From: an uncultured Phycisphaerales bacterium
GTDB lineage: Bacteria > Planctomycetota > Phycisphaerae > Sedimentisphaerales > Anaerobacaceae
Direction of reading: 5' to 3'
Assembly: GCA_963772725.1 (NCBI GenBank)
Contig: CAVYYI010000002.1
Span: forward strand, 192,001-256,000
DNA: 64,000 nt
In this document: positions 11,354 to 23,988 of the stretch, in pieces
Layout: every line of letters starts with the position of its first letter
Position numbering within the stretch: position 1 is the first letter of the stretch
Made by a program: the position numbers and the translations under genes
Notes under the pieces: model-generated
The model's database searches: none
What the model saw: the letters and a program-made list of their open reading frames with translations, nothing else
Told to the model about the DNA's origin: nothing

Positions 11354-13528
11354 GTCGGGCTATTTTCTCCTCCAGCTTTCGTTCGGCGACTACGAATTTC
11401 CGTGCTTGCTCCGCCTTTTTTTCGGCATAACTCGTGTCCAAATCCCCACGCCTGCCAAGCATAGCAGCTTCAATCTGCTGAGCTATCACAGGACCGACGC
11501 TACCAAGGTCTTCGCGGATAGCGTCCACTTTTAAAACCGCCCTCATCAGATATTCATGATCACCATTGATTTGGCCGACCTTGATACCTTTAACATCACC
11601 ATTTTGCTGGAATCCTTTACCTACAGGATGCCAAATGAAAACTTCCGACTCCTTTTGTCCATGGCGATCTATACGCCCGTTGCGCTGCTCCATCACGTTC
11701 GGATTCCATGGGATTTCGATGTGTATGAGATAATTACAGTGGTTCTGAAGGTCTATACCCTCGGAAGCAGCATCGGTAGCCAATAGAATTCGAACAGAAG
11801 AAACATTTGGATGTGCCTGAAAAGCCGCCTTGATACTTTCACGATCTTCCGGTTTTATACTGCCATGGAGAATCATCAAGCGATCTCCACCGTATCCGTG
11901 CGACGCAAGAATCTCATGCAGCCAAACATGTGTTGCACGATATTCAGTAAACAATATTACACGCTTATCGTTCCATCGGCCATCTGTCTTAAGGTGTGAC
12001 TCAAGCCATTCGAGAATAGCTGCAGCTTTTGAATCCGCTTTGTTTTTGGATTTTTCAGCCCAATTAGTCAGCTTGTCGAGCATCTGAAGCTGATCTTGTT
12101 CAAGCGGGACGTTAAAACCGCCTGCGACTTCGACAGCTTCGTGTTGAGCCTCTTCTGCCAATGCATCATTCGAAAAGTCTTCCTCGGCTTTTAAGATGGC
12201 TTTGCGAAGAATACGTTCATCAATGGTTTGCTTTTGGGCTTTCATTCGTTTTGCTTCAAGGCTCTCTTGGTGCTTCCTCAAAGTCATGGCGAAGGCCAAT
12301 GGTGAAGAAAAAAGTCTTTTCTTGAGCAAAGTGTGCACGAAATCCGCGCAATAACTATAGCGTGTCCCACGAACACTCTCGGAACGGCTCTGTGTGTATT
12401 TCTGAAGAAGAGAGTGAATTTCACGTTCTTCCGCGGAATAATCGACTTCAAGGGCCATAATCTTACGCTTTGGAAAAACTGGTTTTCCTTCGGCATCTAT
12501 AATATCGCTTTTCAGACGACGAATCATGACTCGTTGCTTTTGCTTTTCATCCGGCATGACAGTTCTGGCAAAACGCTGATCATCCAATAGCTCAAGTAAC
12601 GATGTGAATGATTCCTGATATCCATTATGCGGAGTCGCAGTTAAGAACAATCGATGATTAAAATGGGGTGAGAGAGTTCGAATCAAACGAGTACGCTGGC
12701 TTTCCAAAGCATATAACGCGGCAGCAGCAGGAGCGACATTATGTGCTTCGTCAACAACTAATATATCAAATTTCCTCGGATAAGTGATGTGCGGCGAAAG
12801 GATATCTTTGAGCAATCTAATGCCTTCACCGCTCTTCATCCAATCCATCGAAGTGATCAACCGTGGAAAAGATGTCCAAGGGTTTGCATGAATTCCACGT
12901 TCACGTCGTAATTGTTTGATATATACGGTATCAACGATACGGAATTCCAAACCAAATTTTTCCCACATTTCTATTTGCCACTTGACTTGAAGCGAGGCAG
13001 GACAAACGATAAAAACGGTGCGAGCTCGATGACGAACAAGAAGCTCTTGAATTACCAATCCAGCTTCGATTGTCTTACCCAATCCGACATCGTCCGCAAT
13101 GAGGAGATTGACACGAGCCATATCTACTGCACGAACCAATGGATCCAATTGATAATCTTCAATTGTAATACCGCTTCGGAAAGGAGCTTGAAGAAAAGAT
13201 CTGTCCGCATTGGTTACTGCCCCCCAACGAACAGCGTCTAAAAATGCCTCTTGTCGATCATTGGAGTCCCATCCACTAATCTGTGGAAGTCCAGCTTTTT
13301 CCAATATTTGACACCAGGTTCTAATTGCCAAATGGTCCGAAGTTCTTCACCCAAGGAGTCCTCATCAATTGAGGTCATAGACACAAGATGCTGGTCTCCG
13401 TTAGTACCAGATTTAAATGCGGAAGCTTGAACATCACTCACAATCCATTGCCTTCGTCGAATTTCAATCAACTGACCGGGTTCAGGAATTGATGAGAATG
13501 CTATATTATTTTTAAGCAAGTTATTCAT
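11354..13528 (-). pseudogene. drmD: DISARM SNF2-like helicase DrmD, frameshift ~13312, C-terminus truncated by IS21
   Basis: N-terminal PEPGQLIEIRRRQW...DEDSLGEEL.TIWQLEPG; FLDAVRWGA..LQAPFRSGITIEDYQLDPLVRA; LLIADDVGLGKTIEAG, DEAH, TATP, ATDAASEGIDLQ, EQRNGRIDRHGQ. Confidence 0.85.
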
Positions 13529-16500
13529 GCCTTACCGCTAGATTTACGTTGGACTTTCCTGCTATTATTTTTGCTGTAATTCAATACATGCTCAATGATG
13601 CTTTCCCCGATAACTTCGCCAAGTTTTACAGGAACTGCATTGCCGATCAAGCGGCCAATTACTTTGCGATGGATCGGCTCTCCTTTGCGAACAAATTTAT
13701 AACTCTTTGGGAAACTTTGCAAGATTGCCCCTTCTCTAAGAGAAATGGCTCTATTTTGTTCTGGGTCCCAAAACGGCCGTTACCAAAGCCATAAAATTGT
13801 GTTGTTATTGGTAACCGTCCGACCAAGTACATATTGTAAATGCTGATGAGGTAGGGATAATCGTTTTTGGTTTTGAGGTTTATTTAAGGAACAAAATCAT
13901 GAGCGATAATGGTAAAGTCACAAAAGCGGACCAGACCGAGTTCTGGAAAATGGTTTTGGAAACATACAAATCAAGCAATCTGTCAATTCATCAATTTTGC
14001 AAACAGGAAGGTCTTCACGAATGGGCATTTTACTCTTGGCGTAGAAAGCTGGCAGGTCAGCAGCCTCAAAAATTCGTTACTCCAACAACACCAGATAATC
14101 CGGCATTTATCGAAGTTCCCGTCATACGCCCAAAGCCGCAGCCATTGGAACTTATACTAAGAAGCGGTCATATACTGAAAATACCCTCTGACATTGACCA
14201 GGGCACAATCAATAAGGTTTTCTCTGCATTAAAGGAAACACAGTTGTGCTGACTTTACCCTGTTCGGTACGTATTTTTGTCTCTGTTGATCCAACTGATA
14301 TGCGTTGCAGTTTCGACCGTCTGGCCGCGATGACACAAACTATTTTAGGGCAGGACCCTTTAAGCGGTCATCTGTTTGTATTTTTCAATCGTTACCGCGA
14401 CAGATGCAAGATACTATTCTGGGACAGGACGGGGTTTTGTCTATGGTACAAAAGGCTGGAAGAGGGTGTATTTCGATTGCCGCATCATTCTTCAGTAAAA
14501 TGTCTTGAGATGGATTTGGCAAGGCTGACGCTGGTTCTCGAGGGCATAGACCTTTGTTCGGCACATCAGCGAAAAAGATTTTCAATTGGAAACGGCATAT
14601 TTTGATAATCTCAAAAAAAATATTTCACTTTTTTTTGAATATTATCATTATTTCTCTTGACATTATCCGATTATATGATATATAGGAGTCATCGTTACGG
14701 ATAATGATGTAGAAAAAAGCTTTAACGGAATAAATGATTACAACAAACACACCTATTACAGAACTGCCCAGCGACGTTGAAACCCTCAGAGAGATGGTTT
14801 TAAAACTGTTGGCTAATGTTGACGACCTCAATCAGCAGCTGGCCTGGTTCAAGCGTCATGTATTCGGCAGAAGGAGCGAGAAGCTTGATCCTGCCCAGAG
14901 GCTGCTTTTTGAGGGTCTTTGTACAGAACTTGAGTCGAGGATTGCGGCAGAACAACAAAAGGCTGATGCATGTGTTGAAACGCCGAAACCAAAGAATGCC
15001 AGTCATCATGGCAGACGTCCTTTACCTGAGGATTTACCCCGCCAGCGGATAGAGTATCATCCCCCGGAAGAGGAACTTATCTGCCCATCCTGCGGAAAAG
15101 AAAAACAGGTAATCGGCGAAGAGATAACAGAGCAGCTTGATTATGTGCCTGCATCATTTGTTGTTCGTCAGCATGTGCGCATTAAATATGCCTGCCCTGA
15201 CTGCAAAGAAAATGTATCCATAGCAGAACTTCCTGCATTTCCCATAGAAAAGGGTCGTCCCGGGACAGGACTGCTTGCTCATATAATTACCAGCAAATAT
15301 ACCGACCACCTCCCGCTTAATCGTCAGGAGAATATTTTCGGTCGGCATGATGTGGAAATCAGGCGTTCCACTATGTGTGACTGGGTAGGGCAATGTGCCG
15401 GTCTGCTTGAGCCTATCGCCAAAGAAATGAAGAGGCAGTTGTTAAAATCGCCTAAGATTCATACCGATGATACGACCATCCCTGTTCAGTGCAAGGATCG
15501 TAAAAGCACTTATGACGGTTATTTATGGGTATATGCCGATATGAGTGATAATGTTGTGTTCGATTTTACACCGACACGATGTCGGGATGGGCCTATCAAT
15601 TTTCTGGGGAGTTACAGCGGATATATACAGGCGGATGCATACAAGGGTTACGACAAGCTCTTTGCCGAAGGCAGATGTACTGAGGTAGGCTGCTGGCGCA
15701 TTGCAGGCGCAAGTTTGATGAGGCTATTGAGACTGATAAGGAGCGAGCCGGGATTATGCTCGCATTGATAGGCAGTCTCTACGATGTGGAACGTGATGCA
15801 AAGAGACGTAACCTTGACGCTGACAGTATAAAGTCACTGCGTCAGGAAAAGAGTAAACCCATTCTCGAAGAGATTCGCAGAGTCATTGATAGCTGGTCGC
15901 TACAGATTTTGCCGAAGAGTCCAATTGGCAAGGCGATAAATTATGCACTTGGTCAGTGGAAAGCATTAAACAGATATATTGAGAACGGAATCCTTTCGAT
16001 AGATAATAATCTTTCAGAACGGATTTTAAGAATGGTTGTTCTCGGGCGTAAAAACTGGCTGTTTGCCGGCAATGAGAACAGAGCCAAAGGGCAGCGACCA
16101 TATACAGTCTGGTTGCAAGCTGCAAACTAAGTGATATTGACCCATTCGTATATTTCAGGGATGTTCTTGAACGTGTCAGCACGCACCCCAACAGCCGGAT
16201 TGCCGAACTGACACCTCCAAACTGGAAAAAGCTGTATTTCAAATCTGTCACAGAAGCAAACCCAACTCAAAACAACTAAACGACAGCCCCATTCTTCGTA
16301 AAAATAAATTTCACTTGTGTACTATCCGCAACCTGTAGTTGGTCGGACGGTTACGTTATTGTGGGTGCAGGTTCGTTCCATACCATACGTCCATAAACAC
16401 CAGAATAGGTTTTTCCTGATTTTTTTTTGTGGCATTTTGCAACTAATTTTGAATCCCAATCTCGCCACGTGCCTCCCTGCCCAGATGCTTTAATACGTTG

Positions 16501-17199
16501 CAGATTGATTTTAGAAAGTGCACTGGATTGATGCATGGGATCCTTGTTGAAAACTTTGCCAGCTGCTATAGGATGCAAATTAGCAATAGCATTGCGGACT
16601 GTTTTTAGTTTTACACCTTTTTTGGGGGCACGCATTTGAATATGGCCTAATTTGGAAGCCAATAACACAAGTCTTTGTCGTTGTTGAGGTAGTCCGTATT
16701 CTAAGCAATTGACAATACTATAGGTTACCTTGTAACCAGTATTTTTAAGATTGGAAACAAACTCGTCGAATATTTCATGTTCTATCAATCCAGGAACATT
16801 CTCCATAGTTACAAGTTCAGGAGATAACTCTTTTACAAGTCTAGAGAACTCCAACAACAGCCACCAGCGTTGATCTTCAGAATCAGCTTTTTGATTATAT
16901 TTAGAAAATGTTTGACAAGGTGCACATCCTGCTAGCAAACGGATATTGCCGGGTATGAATACAGATTCTATTTCTTCTGCTTTAACCTCTTGCACAGATT
17001 TTAATAGAAATGCAGCATTGTTGTTTATTGTATATGGATACTCACAGGCAGGATCTATGTCTACTCCAAGCCGAACGTTAATTCCTGCTTTTTCCAAACC
17101 TCTTGTTAAGCCACCAACTCCACAGAACAAATCTATTGCAGAAATTTTCGTTCTATTCTTAGATTGTAATATCGTTGACTTATGTTTGCATTTCACCAT
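13525..17199 (-). pseudogene. C5-cytosine DNA methyltransferase interrupted by IS66
   Basis: DLFCGVGG, PCQ, ENV, QQRQR motifs; rejoined PAPTITTQFYGFGNGRFG..; C-terminal LQSFP..IGNAVP; an extra 1-nt frameshift ~13767. Confidence 0.9.
13811..16354 (+). mobile_element. IS66-family element, copy 1 (tnpC frameshifted twice)
   Basis: TIR GTAACCGTCCGACCAA; duplication GTTATTG (13804-13810 / 16355-16361); tnpA 13899-14252, tnpB 14246-14605, tnpC from 14734. Confidence 0.95.
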
Positions 17200-17249
17200 A
17201 ATTCTTTTGGTGTCCTTCTATGTAACAATTCAATCTACATTGCAACATA

Positions 17250-17451
17250 ATATTTATGAAAGCAGTATGGATATATTTGCCTTTGAATTTTTAAAAGATT
17301 CTTCATTTTCATATTCACAAATTACTTCATCAGAAATTACAACAAGATGTCCATCATTACGACGTATTAGCACAAGCCATATATTGCCTCCAGATTGCTA
17401 ATATCGTCATCCCAAAGCATCCGCAATCATTTCAGCCTGTTCTTCATTCAT
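17250..17451 (-). pseudogene. Degenerate small hypothetical gene
   Basis: RBS AGGAG, then MNEEQAEMIADALG with in-frame stops, then QSGGNIWLVLIRRNDGHLVVISDEVICEYENEESF. Confidence 0.4.
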
Positions 17452-17503
17452 AAACATTCTCCTTTCGCTATAAATCCAGTAATCCACTATAAATGACAGT
17501 TGC

Positions 17504-20497
17504 CTATGAATCCAATGCCTTCCCTAAGCAGAAATTATTTCCATAACCCAAGTATTTTACGCACATTCTTCTCGCCTCATCCCAATCGTAATCGGTGCCA
17601 TCGCTCATGACTTTTGTAACCGTCCGACCAAGTACATATTGTAAATGCTGATGAGGTAGGGATAATCGTTTTTGGTTTTGAGGTTTATTTAAGGAACAAA
17701 ATCATGAGCGATAATGGTAAAGTCACAAAAGCGGACCAGACCGAGTTCTGGAAAATGGTTTTGGAAACATACAAATCAAGCAATCTGTCAATTCATCAAT
17801 TTTGCAAACAGGAAGGTCTTCACGAATGGGCATTTTACTCTTGGCGTAGAAAGCTGGCAGGTCAGCAGCCTCAAAAATTCGTTACTCCAACAACACCAGA
17901 TAATCCGGCATTTATCGAAGTTCCCGTCATACGCCCAAAGCCGCAGCCATTGGAACTTATACTAAGAAGCGGTCATATACTGAAAATACCCTCTGACATT
18001 GACCAGGGCACAATCAATAAGGTTTTCTCTGCATTAAAGGAAACACAGTTGTGCTGACTTTACCCTGTTCGGTACGTATTTTTGTCTCTGTTGATCCAAC
18101 TGATATGCGTTGCAGTTTCGACCGTCTGGCCGCGATGACACAAACTATTTTAGGGCAGGACCCTTTAAGCGGTCATCTGTTTGTATTTTTCAATCGTTAC
18201 CGCGACAGATGCAAGATACTATTCTGGGACAGGACGGGGTTTTGTCTATGGTACAAAAGGCTGGAAGAGGGTGTATTTCGATTGCCGCATCATTCTTCAG
18301 TAAAATGTCTTGAGATGGATTTGGCAAGGCTGACGCTGGTTCTCGAGGGCATAGACCTTTGTTCGGCACATCAGCGAAAAAGATTTTCAATTGGAAACGG
18401 CATATTTTGATAATCTCAAAAAAAATATTTCACTTTTTTTTGAATATTATCATTATTTCTCTTGACATTATCCGATTATATGATATATAGGAGTCATCGT
18501 TACGGATAATGATGTAGAAAAAAGCTTTAACGGAATAAATGATTACAACAAACACACCTATTACAGAACTGCCCAGCGACGTTGAAACCCTCAGAGAGAT
18601 GGTTTTAAAACTGTTGGCTAATGTTGACGACCTCAATCAGCAGCTGGCCTGGTTCAAGCGTCATGTATTCGGCAGAAGGAGCGAGAAGCTTGATCCTGCC
18701 CAGAGGCTGCTTTTTGAGGGTCTTTGTACAGAACTTGAGTCGAGGATTGCGGCAGAACAACAAAAGGCTGATGCATGTGTTGAAACGCCGAAACCAAAGA
18801 ATGCCAGTCATCATGGCAGACGTCCTTTACCTGAGGATTTACCCCGCCAGCGGATAGAGTATCATCCCCCGGAAGAGGAACTTATCTGCCCATCCTGCGG
18901 AAAAGAAAAACAGGTAATCGGCGAAGAGATAACAGAGCAGCTTGATTATGTGCCTGCATCATTTGTTGTTCGTCAGCATGTGCGCATTAAATATGCCTGC
19001 CCTGACTGCAAAGAAAATGTATCCATAGCAGAACTTCCTGCATTTCCCATAGAAAAGGGTCGTCCCGGGACAGGACTGCTTGCTCATATAATTACCAGCA
19101 AATATACCGACCACCTCCCGCTTAATCGTCAGGAGAATATTTTCGGTCGGCATGATGTGGAAATCAGGCGTTCCACTATGTGTGACTGGGTAGGGCAATG
19201 TGCCGGTCTGCTTGAGCCTATCGCCAAAGAAATGAAGAGGCAGTTGTTAAAATCGCCTAAGATTCATACCGATGATACGACCATCCCTGTTCAGTGCAAG
19301 GATCGTAAAAGCACTTATGACGGTTATTTATGGGTATATGCCGATATGAGTGATAATGTTGTGTTCGATTTTACACCGACACGATGTCGGGATGGGCCTA
19401 TCAATTTTCTGGGGAGTTACAGCGGATATATACAGGCGGATGCATACAAGGGTTACGACAAGCTCTTTGCCGAAGGCAGATGTACTGAGGTAGGCTGCTG
19501 GGCGCATTGCAGGCGCAAGTTTGATGAGGCTATTGAGACTGATAAGGAGCGAGCCGGGATTATGCTCGCATTGATAGGCAGTCTCTACGATGTGGAACGT
19601 GATGCAAAGAGACGTAACCTTGACGCTGACAGTATAAAGTCACTGCGTCAGGAAAAGAGTAAACCCATTCTCGAAGAGATTCGCAGAGTCATTGATAGCT
19701 GGTCGCTACAGATTTTGCCGAAGAGTCCAATTGGCAAGGCGATAAATTATGCACTTGGTCAGTGGAAAGCATTAAACAGATATATTGAGAACGGAATCCT
19801 TTCGATAGATAATAATCTTTCAGAACGGATTTTAAGAATGGTTGTTCTCGGGCGTAAAAACTGGCTGTTTGCCGGCAATGAGAACGGAGCCAAAGGGCAG
19901 CGACCATATACAGTCTGGTTGCAAGCTGCAAACTAAGTGATATTGACCCATTCGTATATTTCAGGGATGTTCTTGAACGTGTCAGCACGCACCCCAACAG
20001 CCGGATTGCCGAACTGACACCTCCAAACTGGAAAAAGCTGTATTTCAAATCTGTCACAGAAGCAAACCCAACTCAAAACAACTAAACGACAGCCCCATTC
20101 TTCGTAAAAATAAATTTCACTTGTGTACTATCCGCAACCTGTAGTTGGTCGGACGGTTACTGACTTTTATAGCAATGGCTAAATGATGTTGGAATATAAT
20201 CAATGCGCACTGGACACACAGGTCATATGGCAAATGTTCTGTTTTACAGTATTCTGCCGCTATTGTTCTTCCATGCCTGGGCTGCTGTATCCTGTTTATG
20301 ATAAATGGCTCGCAACCAGACCCATCAGCACCGTTGAATACTATCTTGTCATCGGTAAGTAGTGGTTTACCTTTTCCCTGTGCGTCGCCAATGGGAGCCG
20401 TGAGCGATTTAAATATCTTTCTGCAGTCAGCGACGGCATCAGCAAAAGGTTTTGCTGACAATTCGACATCTCTTTGCCAATAATGTGTCCAGCCCAT
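17504..20497 (-). pseudogene. Hypothetical protein (MGWTHYW...CKTEHLPYD) interrupted by IS66 copy 2
   Basis: Rejoined C-terminus ...HLAIAIKVMSDGTDYDWDEARRMCVKYLGYGNNFCLGKALDS*. Confidence 0.7.
17616..20160 (+). mobile_element. IS66-family element, copy 2
   Basis: Same TIRs; 8-bp duplication TGACTTTT (17608-17615 / 20161-20168); tnpA 17704-18057, tnpB 18051-18410, tnpC from 18539 (late frameshift). Confidence 0.95.
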
Positions 20498-20546
20498 AAA
20501 TCATTCTCTTAAAATTTAACTACTAAATTCTTAAACATAACTTTAA

Positions 20547-20729
20547 CTATCCTTTAGATGAAGCCTTGTCAGAACGTACCCATTTATCAATTTCTTTAAC
20601 TTGAAACTTCAAAAGCCTACCCACTTTATGTGCGGGCATTCTTTTCCTGGCAACCCATTTATAAACAGTGTCTTTCTTTACTCCCAGATGCTCCGCAATT
20701 TCGTTAACGGAAACCCATCTTTCAACCAT
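20547..20729 (-). CDS. Excisionase-like helix-turn-helix (HTH_17) DNA-binding protein
   Basis: WVSVNEIAEHLGVKKDTVYKWV...PAHKVGRLLKF..EIDKW. Confidence 0.85.
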   Translation of the reverse strand: MVERWVSVNEIAEHLGVKKDTVYKWVARKRMPAHKVGRLLKFQVKEIDKWVRSDKASSKG

Positions 20730-20984
20730 AATTGTTCACCTTTCATGACAGAGGTAAAAAAACGGACTGTTGTTCAACAGAATTTAATCATATGGCTTTG
20801 CTGAAGTCAAGTGATTAATTAGGATGACATAGTACGAGCTGGAATTAAGCAACAAACATTTTTGGCATTCCAACTAATGATAAAACAAGGACTTATAACT
20901 TTTTTTGGATTTTCTCTTGCGCTTGCTCTTCGTTTTCGCTACGCTGAAGTTGATAAATATTAACTTTTGTGAAAGGGCAAAATT

Positions 20985-21281
20985 ATGAGCTTAGGAATCA
21001 GAAAAATTATTGTGATCTTGTTAATCGGGTTGATCTTCCTCGCTGGCAACATTCTGCTGGTGGCTAACTGGTTAAACGAAAAAGGTGTTTCTGAAAAAGC
21101 TAATTGGCTTCGGGAAAATTTCCTTACAGGTACCGCTATTGCTGTTATAACAGCACTGCTTATTTTGCTGGTTAATCCTGTCAGAGGAAAACTTGGTTTT
21201 GCTCATTGCTGTCCAGTCTGTGACAAACGGTTATTAGGAAACCCCAATTACTGCTCTGAATGTGGCAGTAAAGTCGCTTAA
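20985..21281 (+). CDS. Small two-TM membrane protein with C-terminal zinc ribbon
   Basis: Two hydrophobic stretches; CPVC...CSECG. Confidence 0.6.
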   Translation: MSLGIRKIIVILLIGLIFLAGNILLVANWLNEKGVSEKANWLRENFLTGTAIAVITALLILLVNPVRGKLGFAHCCPVCDKRLLGNPNYCSECGSKVA

Positions 21282-21456
21282 TTCCAATTCGTGTTTTTAG
21301 CTCAAAAATGAAGGTGAAAGTGAGCATCGGATATTTGATCCGAAGTTCTTTATTGGGGCTACTCAGAGTGGAAAGATAGAGCAACGGACATTCAATCCGC
21401 AGGTCATTTGTAAATCTTGATAGATATCTTTCCCCTGAATTTTGCGACAAAACTAT

Positions 21457-23643
21457 TCACCTCGGTCTAATATTACGAAAACAAGCAATGCTGATTCGTA
21501 TCTGGGTATAATTTGCCTTGCCCTTTAGGAAATCAAAAATGGGTTTCATCCTATCGCTGCCAATTTGCTTTACAGCCTCTACGATAAGACCAAATGTTCG
21601 CTCATCAATCCATGGATATGGGCTGTCGATTTTTTGCTGTTTAATGTATTCAACCAGGTATTGAGTTGTGGTCGATTCTGCTCGATTGATAGATTTTGCT
21701 ACTTTTTTTATAGAAAGTTTCTGCTCGAACAATTTGAAGGCAAGCTGTCTTGCCTTGCTCAAATTCGAAGGCATTTTTGATTTGTTAAGCGGCAATCTGG
21801 CTGAAACTCTTTCCGGATTTACACCAATATCCATCTCCAGTGAATTTGCCAGACAGTAATCTTTAATAGCGGCAAGAACAACTTCACCATACTGTTGGCA
21901 TTTTTTCTCGCCTACTCCCTTAACTTCCAGAAAACCTTCAAGCGTGGAAGGCCTTCGCCTGGCCATGTCTCTCAGTGCTGCATCGCCAAAGACTATATAA
22001 GCAGGAATCTTTTTTTTGCCTGCAATAGCTGCCCGCAATTTTCGCAAGGCTTCAAATAGTCCCTTATCAACACCATCCCATGAATCTGCGGCAACCTTTG
22101 AGACTTCTTCTGTCTGTCTTTTCTGCAGGTTTCAACAGACGAGGTGTTTCCTTGCCTTTTAAAACGTCCCAGCCCTTCTCGGTTATGTTCAGAACGTTGT
22201 ATTCGCCGGCTTTTTCAATATAACCCTGCCCGGCAAGCTGTTCAATCCAGTCATGCACAGTGTGTTTTGAATAGTCGCTAAGCAGGCCGTAGGTACTGAG
22301 CTTGTCATGGTTGTTTTCTGTTATTCGCTTATCTGTCGAGCCAGTCAGTACCAAAGCAGTGTAGCCGCCACCAAATCGCTGGTCGAGGCGAACAATGCAC
22401 GACAGGATTTTCTGGGCAGTTACTAATGCATCATCAATGCAGTCCAGTTCACCAAGACACATATCGCAGGCGATGCAGTTATCTTTATTAAGGTTCTGGC
22501 CAAAGTATTGAAGAATCGCCTTATGCCTGCATACTCCGCCGGTGCAGTAGCTGTACATTTCGCCGAGCTTGACCATAGCGATCTTTTGAGCTTCAGCCGG
22601 CATATCGCTCATCAGGCTTTTCCAGATACCGTAGTCACCGCCTGAATAGAACAGGCAGCATTCAGCCTCAAGACCATCACGACCTGCCCGGCCGCTTTCC
22701 TGCTGATAATGCTCAAGCGATTTTGGCATACCCGTGTGAATGACATATCGCACATTGGACTTATCGATACCCATGCCAAAGGCAATGGTAGCTACAATGG
22801 TATCAACCTTCTCATCGATGAATGCCTCCTGATTTGTCTTTCGGTCTTCGTCATTCATGCCGGCATGGTATGGTGCAACGCTGTAGCCTTGGCCTTTCAG
22901 TTGAGCACACATCTCATCGACATCTTTGCGCCGGATGCAGTAGATAATGCCGGATTCGCCTTTGTGCCGGTCAAGCACGGCACAAACCTGTTTTATTATG
23001 TTCTTTCGTGGCTGGACTTTATAGACCAGATTCGGCCTGTCGAATGAGCCAATCAGTATTTGCGGGTTTTTTAAGCCTCAATTGCTCTGGCAATATCGTT
23101 GCGAACCTGTTCGGTAGCGGTAGCGGTGTAGGCAGCAATGGTAACATCAGGGAAAATCTGCTTTAATAATCCCAGTTGGCGATATTCTGGTCGAAAATCA
23201 TGTCCCCACATACTGACACAATGGGCTTCATCAATAGCGATAAACGATAATTCAAGCTTTCGAAGAATCTCAAGAAAGCCATCTGAAACAAGCCGTTCAG
23301 GAGATAAGTAAAGAAGTTTAAGCGTTTTATTGTGTATCTTCGCGATGACATCTCTCTGCTCACCGGATGAAAGTGAACTGTCAATACGCGCAGCAGGAAC
23401 ACCGCATTCGGTCAATGCATCAACCTGATCTTTCATCAGAGAAATCAGCGGTGAAACCACAACGGCAAGTCCCGGCATAGTCACAGCCGGTGCCTGAAAA
23501 CAAAGCGATTTGCCTCCGCCTGTCGGCAGAACCACAATCGAATCCTGCCCACGACTGATACACTCCATAGCCTGTTTCTGCAGCGGCAGGAAACTGTCAT
23601 AGCCCCAATATTTACCTAATGCCTTTTGAATATTTTCCATCAT
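21457..23643 (-). CDS. recQ: ATP-dependent DNA helicase RecQ (split by two frameshifts)
   Basis: PTGGGKS, DEAHCVSMWGHDFRP, ATIAFGMGID, QESGRAGRDG, Zn-binding, RQC and HRDC (PAYIVFGDAAL) across three ORFs. Confidence 0.9.
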
Positions 23644-23988
23644 AAATAATGTACTCTTAAAGATCAGTTTTAACAGTTGTTGTGTTTTTAGGTCGGATTA
23701 GCTCCAGAGCTTCCAGTATCCCATCTCCAAATACACAAACCGCCAAGTTCAGGCAACTGGTTACGAGTCGTACCTGTAAGCAAAAGAGTTCCCTGATCGA
23801 ATGACAGGAATACTTGTTTATGCAAATCTGTTTTGCTCATGGGGCCGTATCATAACATCAAACAGCCCTTTTTGCTATATTACGAAGAGTTCTTACCAAA
23901 AAAGTGAAACTATCGGTAATTAGCTGCCGCTATTTACAGTGAAGCAATAATCCAGCAATTTGAAAACGTAAAACTAAAGGAGTGGCCC

